Positions 1 to 19,389 of a DNA stretch of 64,000 nucleotides are shown here, piece after piece (the stretch's first letter is position 1; each line of letters starts with the position of its first letter). The stretch comes from the human T2T-CHM13v2.0 reference genome, Homo sapiens: assembly GCF_009914755.1 (NCBI RefSeq), contig NC_060929.1; one strand, given 5' to 3'. Position numbers and translations under genes: made by a program. The notes below the pieces were generated by a model that did no database searches, was not told the origin of the DNA, and saw nothing but the letters and a program-made list of their open reading frames with translations.

Positions 1-395
1 CTTGATTTTATTTCCTAACATTTTGTTTAGGGATTTTACGTAAATGTTTATCAGCAGTATTGACCTTTAGTTTTTCTTTCTCCTTGCTGTCTTTGTGTAA
101 TTTTGTATCAAAGTTATACCAGTTATACCAGTTTGTGTCTTCTCCCTCCTTTTTAATTCTCTGGAAGATTAATTGTTATTTGAAGTTTGGCTTTTTAAAA
201 ATCTCCTATAAAACACTAAACCTAGTACTTTAAATGAGGACTTGTTTTAGATTAATGATTGTATTTTCATTCATATTTTTCTTTTTGAATCTGTTTCTGG
301 AATTAATATTTTTCTAGAACATTATCTTTTTTTAAGATTTTCAAATTCAGTGGCATAAAACTATTAGAAGTATTTTAAAATAAATTTTAATATCC
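1..395 (-). mobile_element. Old L1M fragment
   Basis: T-rich diverged antisense L1 ORF2-like text (ttttgtttagggattttacgtaaatgtttatcag...). Confidence 0.55.
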
Positions 396-399
396 CAAC

Positions 400-600
400 T
401 CTATCAGATCATTTTTGTTGCATAACAAATCATGCAAAAGCAACAAAAAAAACATGTATTGTTTGTTATGATTCTGTGAGTTGGCTGAATGGTTTCTTTC
501 GGTCTGGGCCAGTTTGGTTGGGACTGAATGGTCTAATCTAACACGACCTTTCTCATATCTCTGGTGTTTGGCCGGCTGGTTAATCTAAAGAGGCCTATCT
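400..600 (-). mobile_element. MaLR LTR fragment (MLT1H/I-like)
   Basis: gttgcataacaaatca...tatgattctgtgagttggctg resembles the MLT1 LTR terminus. Confidence 0.55.
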
Positions 601-652
601 GAAATTATCTTGTCTTTTACTTGTGAGTTTAATCAGTTCACATTAATTGTGA

Positions 653-1410
<758 letters not shown>

Positions 1411-1447
1411 TATACCTATTCTTTTAGTGGTTACCTTAAAATGTTAT

Positions 1448-1852
<405 letters not shown>

Positions 1853-1899
1853 TCATCTTCCATATTATTGTTCTCTGATATTTTAATTTATTTTTAATT

Positions 1900-2790
1900 A
1901 TTTTATGTTTTGACTAGGCTGCACACAGTAAAAAAAAAAAGAAAAAAATTTTTTGAAAGCTACAAAAAGGTGTACAGTGGAAAGGCTTCTTCCCATCTCT
2001 GTCCCTTGCTTCCAAGATCACCTTCTCAGAGGCAACCATTAGTACCAGCTCCTTGAATATCCCACCAAAGGTAATGTGTGCATATACAAACACATACGGG
2101 TCTGTATATATTTTTTCCTTTCTCGTATAAGGGATAGCATAAGACCCACACTGTTCTACATGTTGTTTTTCCATCTAAAAATATTTCTTGGAGATTATTT
2201 CCTATCAGTACATATATAACTATAATTCTTTATAATTTATATAAATATTTATGATAATACAATAGTTTTAAAATTCTTAAAATGGCCATTGTATGCATGT
2301 AGCATAATATATTTAATCAGTCACCTACTATGGATATTTATGTTGTTTAATGTCTTTGCTACTAAAAACAATTTTTTTGTTTTGGGACAGATTCTCACTG
2401 TCACCCAGGCAGGAGTGCAGTGATGCGATCTTGGCTCACCGCAACCTCCGCCTCCTGGGTTCAAGTGATTCTCCTGCCTCAGTCTCCCAAGCAGCTGGGA
2501 TTATAGGCATGTGCCACCACACCCAGCTAATTTTTGTATTTTTAGTAGAGATGGGGTTTCACCCTGTTGGCCAAGCTGGTCTCGAACTGACCTCAGGTGA
2601 TCCTCCCTGCCCCTGGCCTCCCAAAGTGCTGGGATTACAGGTGTAAGCTGCCATGCCGGCCTAAAAACAATATTTTAGTGAATATATTTGTATAGACCTC
2701 ATTCTGCACACTATATGTATATTTGTAGTATAAATTCCTTAAAGGGCCTGCATCAAAGGGCATGTATGTTTTAATTTCAATCAATTCTCC
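1900..2790 (-). mobile_element. L1M (L1MD/ME-like) 3' region interrupted by an Alu
   Basis: gaggcaaccatt..., aatatatttaatcagtcacctact... are typical of antisense old L1 3'UTR. Confidence 0.55.
2372..2661 (-). mobile_element. AluS
   Basis: Antisense Alu; TSD ctaaaaacaat. Confidence 0.95.
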
Positions 2791-2864
2791 AAATTTCTTT
2801 CATTATCGTCTTATATTCTGCCTCATTAAAACTTCCCATGTACCCCTCTCCATACTTTTTCTGC

Positions 2865-3125
2865 TTTTATTGGTGGATGTTGATACTCAGGGCAACCTTG
2901 AAAGCCTCATGTTGAAGAGGACAAAGTCACCATCAACCTATAGGTCCCTAAATGACTTCATGGATCAGACCTCCATCCCTACCTTTTCCTCTTTCCTTAC
3001 CTGCTCTTACCACTAGGAAATCTGGCACTAGATTATTATATGTGCAAGAAAAAAAAATTCTGTTGTATTAAGTAAATGAAATGACGAAGTTTATTTGATG
3101 CAGCAACTAGCATTTCCCTATCTAG
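2865..3125 (+). mobile_element. MaLR LTR 3' part (MLT1J/K-like)
   Basis: ggtccctaaatgacttcatgga...ttctgttgtattaag...tttgatgcagcaactag matches an MLT1 3' end. Confidence 0.6.
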
Positions 3126-3313
3126 TCACCTTACAAACTCACTGAATAAATTTTTACAAATAATTGTTTTAAAAAAGATTTCTCTATATCCTTGCCAATG
3201 ATTAGAAACATTTGTTGTTTGCAAATCAGATAGGTAAAGAATTCATCTTATTGAAGTTTTAAGTTGCATTTCTCTTATCTTATTAGGGTTTTCTGGATAA
3301 ACAGAATCAATAG

Positions 3314-3351
3314 GAGATAGATAGATAGATAAATACATAGATAGATAGATA
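3314..3351. repeat. (GATA)n microsatellite
   Basis: gatagatagatag tracts at 3316-3351 and again after the Alu at ~3659-3672. Confidence 0.85.
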
Positions 3352-3711
<360 letters not shown>

Positions 3712-3887
3712 TTATGGAGGCCAAAAAGTTCTTGCCTTCTAGAAGCTAAAGAACCAGAAAAGCTGGTGGTCCAATGTCCAAGGGCAGCAGAAGATGGATA
3801 TTCTAGTTTAGAAGAAATAATTTGTCTTTTCTCTACCTTTTTGTTCCAATGGGCCCCTCAGCAGATTGCATGCTTGGTGAGGGCAAA

Positions 3888-4184
3888 TTTTTTTTTTTTT
3901 TTTTTGAGACAGTCTCACTCTGTCGCCCGGCTATAGTGCAGTGGCACGATCTCGACTCACTGCAACCTCTGCCACCCAGGTTCAAGTGATTCTCCTGCCT
4001 CAGCCTCCTGAGCAGCTGGGATTACAGGCACCCGCCACCACACCTGGCTAAATTTTTTGTAGTTTTAGTAGAGAAGCGGTTTCACCTTGTTGGCCATGCT
4101 GTTCTCAAACTCCTGACCTCGTGATCTGCCTGCCTCAGCCTCCCAAAGTGCTGGGATTACAGGCGTGAGCCACCGCGCCTGGCC
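3888..4184 (-). mobile_element. AluS
   Basis: Antisense Alu; TSD gtgagggcaaat. Confidence 0.95.
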
Positions 4185-4199
4185 AGTGAGGGCAAATAG

Positions 4200-4889
<690 letters not shown>

Positions 4890-5418
4890 CCATCCAGAAA
4901 TAATTTTACCAGCTATCTGGCGTCCCTTAGGCCAGTCATGTTAACACATATAACTAACCATCACACTTATTATGACTTAAGTTAAAAACCGTTTTTTATA
5001 TGTGTTCATATATTAAGAACCATTGTTATTTCCTTCTTTGTGAACTGTCACTTCACATCGTATGTCCTTTCCTTTATAGAATTGTTAGCTTTTTTTCTTG
5101 TGTTTATCATATTAATTGCAAGTATTTTTTCTCAGATTGTCATTTGTCTTTTAACTTTGCTTATGGGTCTGTTTGGCTTTTTTCCCTTCAGGAATTTTTG
5201 CATAATTTGATGTGTAATAAGTTTAGCAATAGCTTCTTTTATAGTTTCTGCATTTTTTGTCAGATTTAGAAGGGCCTTCATCACTTCACGATTTTTAATA
5301 AATATTCTTCCATATTTTCTTGAAGTATTTTCATAGTTTAATTTTTTACATTTAAATCTTCGATCCACTTAGGTTTTATTTTAGTTTGGGGTTTGAGGTA
5401 GATAGAGGTTAAGTTTAC

Positions 5419-5719
5419 TTATTATTATTATTATTTTTTTGAGACGGAGTCTTGCTCTGTCGCCCAGGCTGGAGTGCAGTGGCATGATCTTGGCTCACTG
5501 CAGTCTCCGCTTCCTAGGTTCAAGTTGATTCTCATGCCTCAGCCTCCCGAGTAGCTGGGACTACAGGAGTGCACCATCAAGGCCAGCTAAGTTTGTATTT
5601 TTAGTAGAGATGGGGTTTCACCATGTTGCCCAGGCTGGTCTTGAACTCCTGACTTCAAGTGATCTGCCCACCTCGGCCTCTCATGCTGAGATTATAGGCG
5701 TGAACCATCACACTCAACC
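5419..5719 (-). mobile_element. AluS
   Basis: Antisense Alu with a (TTA)n tail. Confidence 0.95.
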
Positions 5720-6572
5720 GATTAAATTTACTTCTTTCCCTAATAGCTACCAGTTGTTCTAATGTACTAATTGCTTAATCTGTCTTTTCCACAAGACTTA
5801 AGTCTGACCTTTACTATAAACTAAATTTCAATATATGTTACTACAATTTCTGTACTTTCTATTATTTCACTTATTTGTCTGTTTTTCTACCTGCCCAAAC
5901 CACATTACCCTAATTATCTTTATAAAATGTTTTAATAGCTTATAGACAGAGTTCCCATTCATTACTCCTCTATTTCATATTTTTTCCCAACTATTCTGGC
6001 TTATTTTTCCACATAAACTTTAAAATAAGCTCATCTAGTTCTCAAAAAATAAAATTGTTTGTGGGAGACAGCAGGGATCACCTCATTTTAAACCAAATTT
6101 AGTCATTTTATTGTTGTTTAATTAAGTCAATATTTAAAAATCCTTTGATCATCATTGTTTTTTGCATCCCACTCTTCCTTAATTCATTTCTCTTTCTATT
6201 AAGAAAGTTCTTTCTGAAAAAGTCTAAGAGGCAGACTGCCTCAATCAGCTTGTCTGAAATCTTTTTACTTCTCTTTCACTCTTGAATGATAGATTCACTT
6301 GATACAGAATTCTATGCTGATGTTTGTTTTCCCCCTTCGGCACCTTGAAATAATTATTCTTTGTTTTCTGATTTCTGTAGTTGCTACTGATGTATCTGTT
6401 TTCAGTGAAATTGTTCTTCTGGGTTGCCTTTCTGATTTTTCTTTATATCTGAGGTATTTTGCAACGTCCATATTTTCTCAAGGTTTCCTTAAGAGTTTCT
6501 TTCTTTTTTAGGAATTTTGTAGTATCACTGTGATGTGTTTGGACATACATACATCACATTTTTTTTGCTTTC

Positions 6573-6888
6573 ATTTTATTTTTATTTATCTTTGAGACAG
6601 GGTTTCACACTGTCACCAGGCTGGAGTGCAGTGGCACGAGCATAGCTTACTGCAGCCTCAAATTCCTGGGCTCAGGCAATCCTCCTGCTCAGCCTCCTGA
6701 ATAGCTAGGACTATGTAGGATTGTAGGCGCTCACCACCATGGCCCAGCTAATATTTTTCTTTTTTGTAGACACAGAGTCTCGCTATATTGCCCAGGCTTC
6801 TTCCAAACTCCTAGCCTCAAGTGATGATCCTCCTGCCTTGGCCCCCCAAAGCACTGGAATTACAGGTGTGAGCCATTGCACATTGCCT
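6573..6888 (-). mobile_element. AluJ
   Basis: Antisense J-type Alu. Confidence 0.9.
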
Positions 6889-7138
6889 TATTTTACTTGT
6901 ATTTATTCTTTTCTATTCTCAGTGTGTTCCTCTATTTGGGAATTTACTTCTTTCATAATCTTTGGAAAATTATCAGCCATTATGTTTTATATATAGGCTG
7001 TCTTGCATTCTTACTACTCTTTGTGAACCCACTATCAGACATATATTGGGCCTATCAGTTTATTCTTCATGTTTCAGAACCTCTCAATAGTATTTTTCAT
7101 CCTTTTCCCACTGCATGATGCATTCTAAATAATTTTCT

Positions 7139-7645
7139 CGGGGGTGAGGGCAAGGGGAGGGAGAGCACTAGGACGAATACCTAATGCATGTGGGGCTTAA
7201 AACCTAGATGACGGGGGCGGGGCACCGTGGCTCATGCCTGTAATCCCAGCACTTTGGGAGACCGAGGCGGATGGATCGCGAGGTCAGGAGATCGAGACCA
7301 TCCCGGCTAACACGGTGAAAACCCGTCTCTACTAAAACTACGAAAACAAAAAATTAGCCGGGCGTGGTGGCGGGCGCCTGTAGTACCAGCTACTCAGGAG
7401 GCTGAGGCAGGAGAATGGTGTGAACCCGGGAGGCAGAGCTTACAGTGAGCCAAGATCGTGCCACTGCACTCCAGCCTGAGCGACAAAGCCAGACTCGTCT
7501 AAAAAAAAAAAAAAAAAAAGTGATGGGTTGTTGGGTGCAGCAAAGCCCATGGTACATATATACCTATATAACAAACCTGCACAATCTGCACATGTATCCC
7601 GGAACTTAAAGTAAAAAAATAATAATAAAAAAGAAAAGAAAAGAA
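7139..7645 (+). mobile_element. 5'-truncated L1PA 3' end (L1PA7/8-like) interrupted by AluY
   Basis: ggggagggagagcactagga...gggcttaaaacctagatgacggg [Alu] ...aacaaacctgcaca...cccggaacttaaagt plus A-tail. Confidence 0.9.
7215..7519 (+). mobile_element. AluY
   Basis: gagatcgagaccatcccggctaa, gagaatggtgtgaacccggg. Confidence 0.95.
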
Positions 7646-7886
7646 AACCTTAAAAAATATTATTTTTCTCTAGCTTCCATTTTACTATTTTTTTTTCTTC
7701 AGGTGTGTATAATCTGTACTCTAATAAGTAGCTCATTGAATTTTTCAATTCAAATAACATTTTTTAATTTCTAGAAATTTTATGTTTTTCAAAATCAAAA
7801 TTGTCTGTTGTCTTTCATACGCATTATCCTATAATTTTGATTCTTGTCTTTTCTTTAATCTTTTTATCTTTAAAAATTATTATTAC

Positions 7887-8200
7887 ACCGGGCACGGCTG
7901 TAGTCCCAGCACTTTGGGAGGCTGAGGCGGGTGGATCACGAGGTCAGGAGTTTGAGACCAGCCTGACCAACATGGTGAAACCCCGTCTCTACTTAAAATA
8001 CAAAAATTAGCTGGGCATGGTGGCGCTCGCCTGTAATCCCAGCTACTCAGGAGGCTGAGGCAGGAGAACCGCTTCTACCCAGGAGACAGACGGAGGTTGA
8101 AGTGAGCCGAGATTGCACCACTGCACTCCAGCCTGGGCGACAGAGACAGACTCTGTCTCAAAAAAAAATAAAATAAAAATAAGAAAGAAAGAAAGAAATA
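7887..8200 (+). mobile_element. AluS (Sg-like)
   Basis: Sense Alu with an AAAT/AAAG tail. Confidence 0.93.
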
Positions 8201-8291
8201 TATATATATTAAAAACATTATTATTTTTTCAAAATTTTTAAAATCTTTTTAATAACTTGAAAGATAATTATTTTTCAGAAACATTTTCTGA

Positions 8292-8455
8292 CTGGGCGTG
8301 GCAGCTTATGCATGTAATTCCAGCTACTCAGGAGGCTAAGATGGGAGTATCACTTGAGCCCAGGATGTCAAGGCTGCAGGGAGCCATGATCACACCACTG
8401 CACTCCAGCCGGGGCAACAGAGCGAGACCTTGTATCAAAAAAGAAAAAAAGAAAT
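8292..8455 (+). mobile_element. Alu right monomer (FRAM/AluJ)
   Basis: Single arm with A-tail. Confidence 0.85.
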
Positions 8456-9843
8456 ATTTTTCTATAACTCAAGGCCTTAAGGTTGCTTATCCTCCTGTTT
8501 ATTGTGTTTGGAGGGACTGTAATCTAATTTTATATGTTTTGTTGTTTTTTTATTGTGTATTTTGAGTGACTTTGCCATTTTTTATTGTGAACCTAGCTTC
8601 AGTGTAAAATTCATGGACCACTGTTGAAAGAACAACCTTATAGAGCAGTTTTGTGTTTGCTTCTGCCAGGCACCCTAGGTATTTTTCACTGGGGTCCTGC
8701 ATCAGTTTTAATATTAATGCCTCAGCTTGGACTTCCCTCACCATAGGGGTAGAATAAATTCAGATTCCTCATCTGGAAGAAGCTTAACTTTAAGTCTGGT
8801 TTCTCATTTGGGGAAGGGGATCTCTATCCCAAACAGAGTCCAGCTTAGAGCGAGCTTCCTTGACTCTTATCTGACAGTTTTTCTATTCCTCTTTCCTAGA
8901 GGGGAACTCCTTCATTAGATCATTGCTTTCTTAAGGAAGTATCAGTTTTATATCCCTGCTTTAGAAGGGTCAAGACTATATTTTATGTTCTCCTTTGATT
9001 GTTAAACCCCACCCTCTGGCTATTGGGGTGAACATTTGTATCCAGTAATCTATCTTAGTATCAGTTCATACACTTTCCACTCTAGAAATCAGTTATCAGC
9101 AATTTCTGGCACCAGGGAATTTTCTGTCTTTCTTATAGGCTCAGTTACAGACTTTAACTATTTCTCCATGTTTTATGCAACAGTTTTCTAAATTTAAAAA
9201 TTCATGAATTTTTGTTATGTTTTGTCTTAGCTCAGAATCTAAACTACATTTCCATTCTAGTCATTCATTCATAAATATAGCAGTATTGGGTTTCTCTCCT
9301 AACATTTCTCTGTATGTTTATTTTTGTTTGGCTACCTGTCAAACTACATTTAATATCTACTGTCCATTTGTTTTAGAACCTTATAAAAGATATCAGAAAA
9401 GTGCATTTATAATATTAAGGTGAAACCAAACATAACTCTTAGCCTTCTGCTTTGAGCTTCAGGTAGATTTTATTCAGAACTTAAGCAAGTTTCTTTGTTA
9501 AACAAACAAACAAACAAAACACAAACGCGTCGGGGTATATTAAGCAAGTTTCTCCAAGAGTAAACATCCTTGCATTGTGAGATCATCACAGAATAAGTGA
9601 CCTACACCTTTGTTCACCATGATTTGATGTTGCAGCCTCTGGTTTATAAAGTTTTGAGTAGCAATTCCCCAGTTTTAATAAAATCATGGTAAAAATATAT
9701 GTTATATTCCCAATTGCTTTTAAACATAAAAGGGCTTATGGTGAATTTGTCCCAAAGCTTAGTTCTGGAAAACAGTGTGCTCATATCAGTGATTTTGGAA
9801 ACACTCTTTTGTCAGAAAATGAAAAATATATGCCATAATCTAA

Positions 9844-10260
<417 letters not shown>

Positions 10261-10739
10261 GGTTTTATGTTTTTTTCATGGTTATAAAGTCATGGCCTTA
10301 TTTTGCTTGGTGCTTTCTTTATAAGCTGTCATAATAATTTATTAAACACTGAACCTATCCGGGCATTATTCTAAAGTAAGCTTGTTTTTCCTTATGCTAT
10401 ACCTCAGGCCTCAAAGTTATATATTTTTACCTTTCTTTTTTCTATTAATTATCATCACTATTTCTTTAGACTTCATCACATCCCACAGGATTTAAGGTTG
10501 CTAATATGACCTTAACTTTGTATAAAAGTCAACAAGTTACAATTGCCCTTTTACTCTTAATTCATGTTTAGGTCATTTTCTCTGATCTCAGAAAGTGAAT
10601 TGTCTTTCCCCTTTATTGAGCACACCCCCTTTGCCTACACCCCTTGATTCACCCCCTTCTCACCTCCCAGACTTTCTTCCATTATTGATTTCTTCTCTTT
10701 TATCTTCAATCTCTTCATATACACAAACACTCAAACTCT

Positions 10740-11025
10740 CATAATTCCTGCATCTTCTTCAAGCGTTTCTTCAAATGTCATCTTCTCAGTGAAGTCTACC
10801 TTGACCACCACCTTATTTAAAATTTTAACCCCTGTCCACTTCCTAGTCCTTTTGCCTGCCTTTTTCCTCTTTCTATTAATCTCTGGTACTATATATATTA
10901 TGCAATCTTCTATATAATAGATTACATATATGCAAGATTGTATATATAAAAATCTTTTATTTTTCACTATCTTGCCACTTGACAAATGGTAAAAATTCAA
11001 TAAGCATTTGTTGAATGAATGAATA
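10740..11025 (+). mobile_element. L2 3' end
   Basis: caaatgtcatcttctcagtgaagtct... and a terminal caataagcatttgttgaatgaatgaat. Confidence 0.75.
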
Positions 11026-12199
11026 ATAGTATTGCTATTCATTTGCCCCACCTAATGAAAGCCTGGTATCTTATCAGATATCTGAATTTTATTTTGGCTT
11101 GATACTCTTCCAGGCATACATCACACAACTATTATTTACTTGCCGGTATGCATTTGTTTCATCTAAGTTATTATTTCCACAGCGAAATCTAAAGGACGGG
11201 TAGTAGTTGTCCTTTACCAAACCAAAACATGAGAAAATGTTCAGAAAACAGAACTGAATTCTGGATTCTTTTTTCCTTCTGCTTCAGTACTACCTTCTTA
11301 CAAGTGGTGACGTTTGTAGTAAATTGAACAAAAGCGAGTCCTTTCATCTCTGACATTCTGCTTGCTTATTATAATCAGAATAAGTGGCCTTCTGAAGTCA
11401 ACAGCTGAGAATCATAAGAAGTCATTTGTTTATATATTCTCTCTAGAAAAAGTTTTCATGTTTGCAAGAAGGTTATCCATTTCTTCTTAAAATTTTATGA
11501 CTCCTTTTTTTCATGCAATCTTTTTATTCATCAAATGGGTCTGGTGTCATTTTAGCTGAATTAAATAGTTCAAAATTATATAATTAAAAAATTCATTTCT
11601 ATCACATCTGTCCACAAGTTCTGGCAGCCACCACCTATACGACAGGAGCTACTTAATATGTATGCTCTTGTTTGATCATTTTTTAACGTAACCAAAAATT
11701 TCAGGCAGCCAGGATTCAAAGGTTAGGTGGCTATGTTGGTCTAAGAACCTCTTACTGGATGCTGGCCAACACTCCAAGATTCTTTCTAGTTGCAGTAGTC
11801 TTCATTTTTCTAGGGTAAGTAATGGTGCCTGAACTATACACTGAGAAAAGCCTCCCAGAAGGTTCAAGGGAGGTGGTGTATCAGTCATACTGGTCATGTC
11901 AACATTGTGAACAAAGGGCACAGGGCACTGATTTTTGGTTAGGAAATTATCTAAGCCTAGTTCTTACAATCATGCAAATTACTAGTAAAGGATCCCAGAA
12001 CTGTTGAGAACTTCCTGGAGCAATAAGCACTTACTCATCCTTAGTCCTTTTAGGGACAGTGGACCTCTAAAATGAAATCTTTGAGTAATCTTATGACTCA
12101 TTTTTTGTATTTTTCTTTCCTTTTGAATTTCACTGCAGTCCTAATGGAACAAATAAGTCCATTTGTGCAGATGAGTTCAGCAAGCATAGTCCCTCTCAC

Positions 12200-12673
<474 letters not shown>

Positions 12674-12984
12674 GGTCTCAGAATTTGGTCATTCCTAAAA
12701 CAATGATTATTGGTGAAAATAGAGAAGTTCTGTTTTCAATACAAATTTAAAGTTGCTTGTAAAGTAACTTCTGATTTAGCCCAGCAGACTCATAATCTCA
12801 GTCTGTGAGAAAGCGGATGAATTGTCTGAGCTGAAATTCCTGCTGCCCAGGCTCATATCTGCAGTTTATACCTTTAAGGGAGCCATAGTTAGATCCCAGC
12901 AACAGCAATGGAACCCAGAAGACAATAGAATGGCTGTCAAATTAGAATTCAGTAAACTCTCACTTTTTTCAGTGAAGATCCTGA

Positions 12985-14606
<1,622 letters not shown>

Positions 14607-14627
14607 AATTAATGTTATTCTCATAAT

Positions 14628-14698
14628 GTAATGGTGCCTAAATTCTCCTGCATATTAGAATCACCTGGAGAGCTTCTTTAAAAATCCCAGTGTCAGAT
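14628..14698. mobile_element. MER5-like hAT fragment
   Basis: ctgcatattagaatcacctggagagcttctttaaaaatcccagtg. Confidence 0.65.
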
Positions 14699-15174
14699 GA
14701 ATTTTCTTAATCATATTACTTGAAGTTACTTGAGCCTTTACCTTCTTTTTTCTTCCTGTTTCTACTTTTATTAAAAGTAACATTCCTTGAACATCAGAAT
14801 TTATGACATTTATGTTTTATCTTTAACCATAAACTTGACTTTTATTTTAGTCTATTGTTTTAGTCTATATAGTCTATTTTACAGTCTATGACAGCTAAAT
14901 GAATTCAATACTTCACATTTTGTCCTTTTGCTGCAGTTTCTCCATCTCTCACTTGGCTGAAAGTAAATCCTCAAGTAGTTTGTTCAAGAAGAACTCACAG
15001 GGGTTATATTGCCTGAATTCTTTCATATTGAGAATTGTACTTCTATTACTTTTATACCTGAAAAACAATTTAACTGGACATAAAATTGTTGAGTCATGCT
15101 TTCTTTCCCTGAGGACTTTGGGTTCCTTGAGGATATTATTTTATTGACTTCTAGTCAGGGCTATAAAAAAATCA

Positions 15175-15483
15175 GGCTGGGTGTGGTGGCTCACGCCTGC
15201 AATCCCAGCGCTTTGGGAGGCTGCAGCAGGCAGATTACCTGAGGTCAGGAGTTCAAGACCAGCCTGGCCAACATGGTGAAACCCCTTCTCTACTAAAAAT
15301 ATAAAAATTAGCTGGGAGTGGTGGTGGGCACCTGTAATCCCAGCTACTCAGAAGGCTGAGGCAAGAGAATTGTTTGAATCCAGAAGGCAGAGGTTGCAGT
15401 GAGCCAAGATCACCATTGCACTCCAGCCTGGGTGACAAGAGTGAAGCTCTGTCCCAAAAAAATAAAATAAAATAAAAAGAAGA
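15175..15483 (+). mobile_element. AluS
   Basis: Sense Alu. Confidence 0.95.
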
Positions 15484-15694
15484 AATCACAGACACAATTT
15501 TTGTGACTTAAATTTTTGCCAGGTTTTTTTGGTTTTTGACATTCAATAACTTTTTTGCTAGGATATGTTTCATGTAGGTTGGTCCATAATAGAGTTAGGT
15601 TACCTTTTATCTGGATAAATAATTTTTCTTGATTTACGTCTTTAAATACGTATGATGGTTCTTTTTCAGGGTGGGTGAGGGTCCATGTTTGTGA

Positions 15695-16057
<363 letters not shown>

Positions 16058-16339
16058 TAAATACTTGCTTTAATTCCATTTCATTTTGTAGATTTTCCTC
16101 AATCTTTTGTTCTATGTCTCTTGCTAGGTTTTTAGTAGTACCTTTTATTGAGACAAATAGTATTTAGTATTTTTGCAAAAACACTAAACAAAATATTAGC
16201 AAATCAAATCCAACAATGTATTTTAAAAAGGTAATATCCTACAACCAATAGTTTAATATTAGAAAATGTATGTATATAATTTGTCACATCAACAGATTAA
16301 AATAGAAATGCTGTATGATCATATTAAAAATGTAAAACA

Positions 16340-16942
<603 letters not shown>

Positions 16943-17090
16943 ATAAAACAAGTATTTTACAAAATTTGATAGCTATTCATAATTTTAAAAATTATTTACA
17001 ATTTTTTAAATAATTAAAAAATTTTAGTACATTAGAAATAGATGGAAACTTCCTTAACTTGATTAAGAGTATCTATACTAGAAAATCTAA

Positions 17091-17468
<378 letters not shown>

Positions 17469-18000
17469 TGAAGATTCCCCTGTCATTTTTTCTGTTTAAT
17501 CTTCATTGGTGGTCCTAACAAGTACAGAGGCATAAGGATTGGCAAGGAGGAAATAAAACTGTATTTGTGGTTGATATGATTCTTTACCTAGAAAACCCCA
17601 AATAATCTTCAAATTAACAAGATATCTGATGTGAAACAAAAGTCAATTGCATTACTACATATTAGCAACAAACAACTAGAAAACATAAAGAGAATAAACT
17701 GTTTACAGTAATATCAGAGAATATCAACTATCTAGGAATAAATCTAACAGAAGTTAGCCAAGACCTCTTTACGGAAAATTATTATAAAACGTTGTTAAGA
17801 AACACGAAAAAGTTCTGAATAAATGGAGAGCTGTACCTGTGTTAATGTGTAGGAAGACTTATTATTATGAATGTATCAATTGTCCCCAAATTTATCAAAA
17901 TACCCAATGTAATTCCAATTAAAATTCCTACAAGAGCTTTAATGGAACTTGATAAGATTACTCTAAAATATATATATTGAAGATTAATAAGTGTCCATGA

Positions 18001-18320
<320 letters not shown>

Positions 18321-18736
18321 AGGTTATTTCTAAAGAAGTATCAGGGAGAGAGGATTTGTCCCAGTAACTATTAATATTTATTATGAAACTAAAATTAATA
18401 AGATGGTGTGGGATTGGTGCAGCAAAAAATAAATTAACCAATGAAACAGAATGGATATCTTAGAAACTGACCCACACATAAATGTTTGATATATGATAAA
18501 GATGCCATGTCAGAAAAATGAGGAAAGGAGGATCTGTTTAATAAATATAGCAGGAAGAAACTGGATTCCTACCTGGCACTATATACAAAATCTCCTCCAT
18601 TTGATTTGATGACTTTACTGTCAAAAACAAAAGTTAAAAACTCTTTGTAATTAACATCTCCTAGACAATATTAAAATTGAGAACTTTTGTTCGACAGCTT
18701 TATTGATCAGAAAAATGCAAATAAGGACTGCAGAGA

Positions 18737-18896
18737 TTAGCTGGGTGTGGTGGTGCATGCCTGTAGTCCTAGGTACTCAGGAGGCTGAGGCGGGAGGATC
18801 ACTTGAATCCAGGAGTTCGAGGTTGCAGTGAGCTATGATTGTACCACTGCACTCCAGTCTGGACAACAGAGTGAGATGCTGTCTCTAAAAAAAAAG
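18737..18896 (+). mobile_element. Alu right monomer (FRAM/AluJ)
   Basis: Single arm plus A-tail. Confidence 0.85.
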
Positions 18897-19389
18897 AGCA
18901 TAGGGAGATATCATTTTACGTTTATTCAAAAGGCAGCAACTTAAGGAGTCTGTGCTAAGTGTTGGGAAGGCTGTGGATCCATTGCTTATGAAAATGAAAG
19001 TTGGTTCTGGGGCATAATGGGTACTAAACAACAACAAAAACAGAAAATGCAAATTGGCAAATTGTGTCATTATCACTCCAAATTGAATATTCATATACCC
19101 TATGAGTCAACAATTCTACTGTTAGGTATACATCAAGAGAAACTCTTGCACATATACAACAGGCACCAGGTAAAAGGACAATCATAGCTCCACTTTTTAC
19201 AAAAGCAAAAACTTGGAAACAACCCAGATGCATGCCCATCTACAGGAGAGTGGATAAATAATCTGTGGTACATTTCAACAGAAAATATTATACAACAATC
19301 AAAATAAGTAATTTACAGAGACAGCAACAATGTGAACTTATATTGACACATGTTAGTTGAAAAGAATAGGTTCTACACTATTACATAGA

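Larger units (their letters stand above)
4970..7138 (-). mobile_element. Old L1M fragments (Alu-interrupted)
   Basis: Diverged antisense L1 text (tttccttctttgtgaactgtc, ctttttacttctctttcactcttgaatgatag). Confidence 0.6.

Noticed and set aside
11190-11216. 8-bp hairpin TAAAGGAC…GTCCTTTA
   Set aside because: The stem is short enough to arise by chance in 64 kb.
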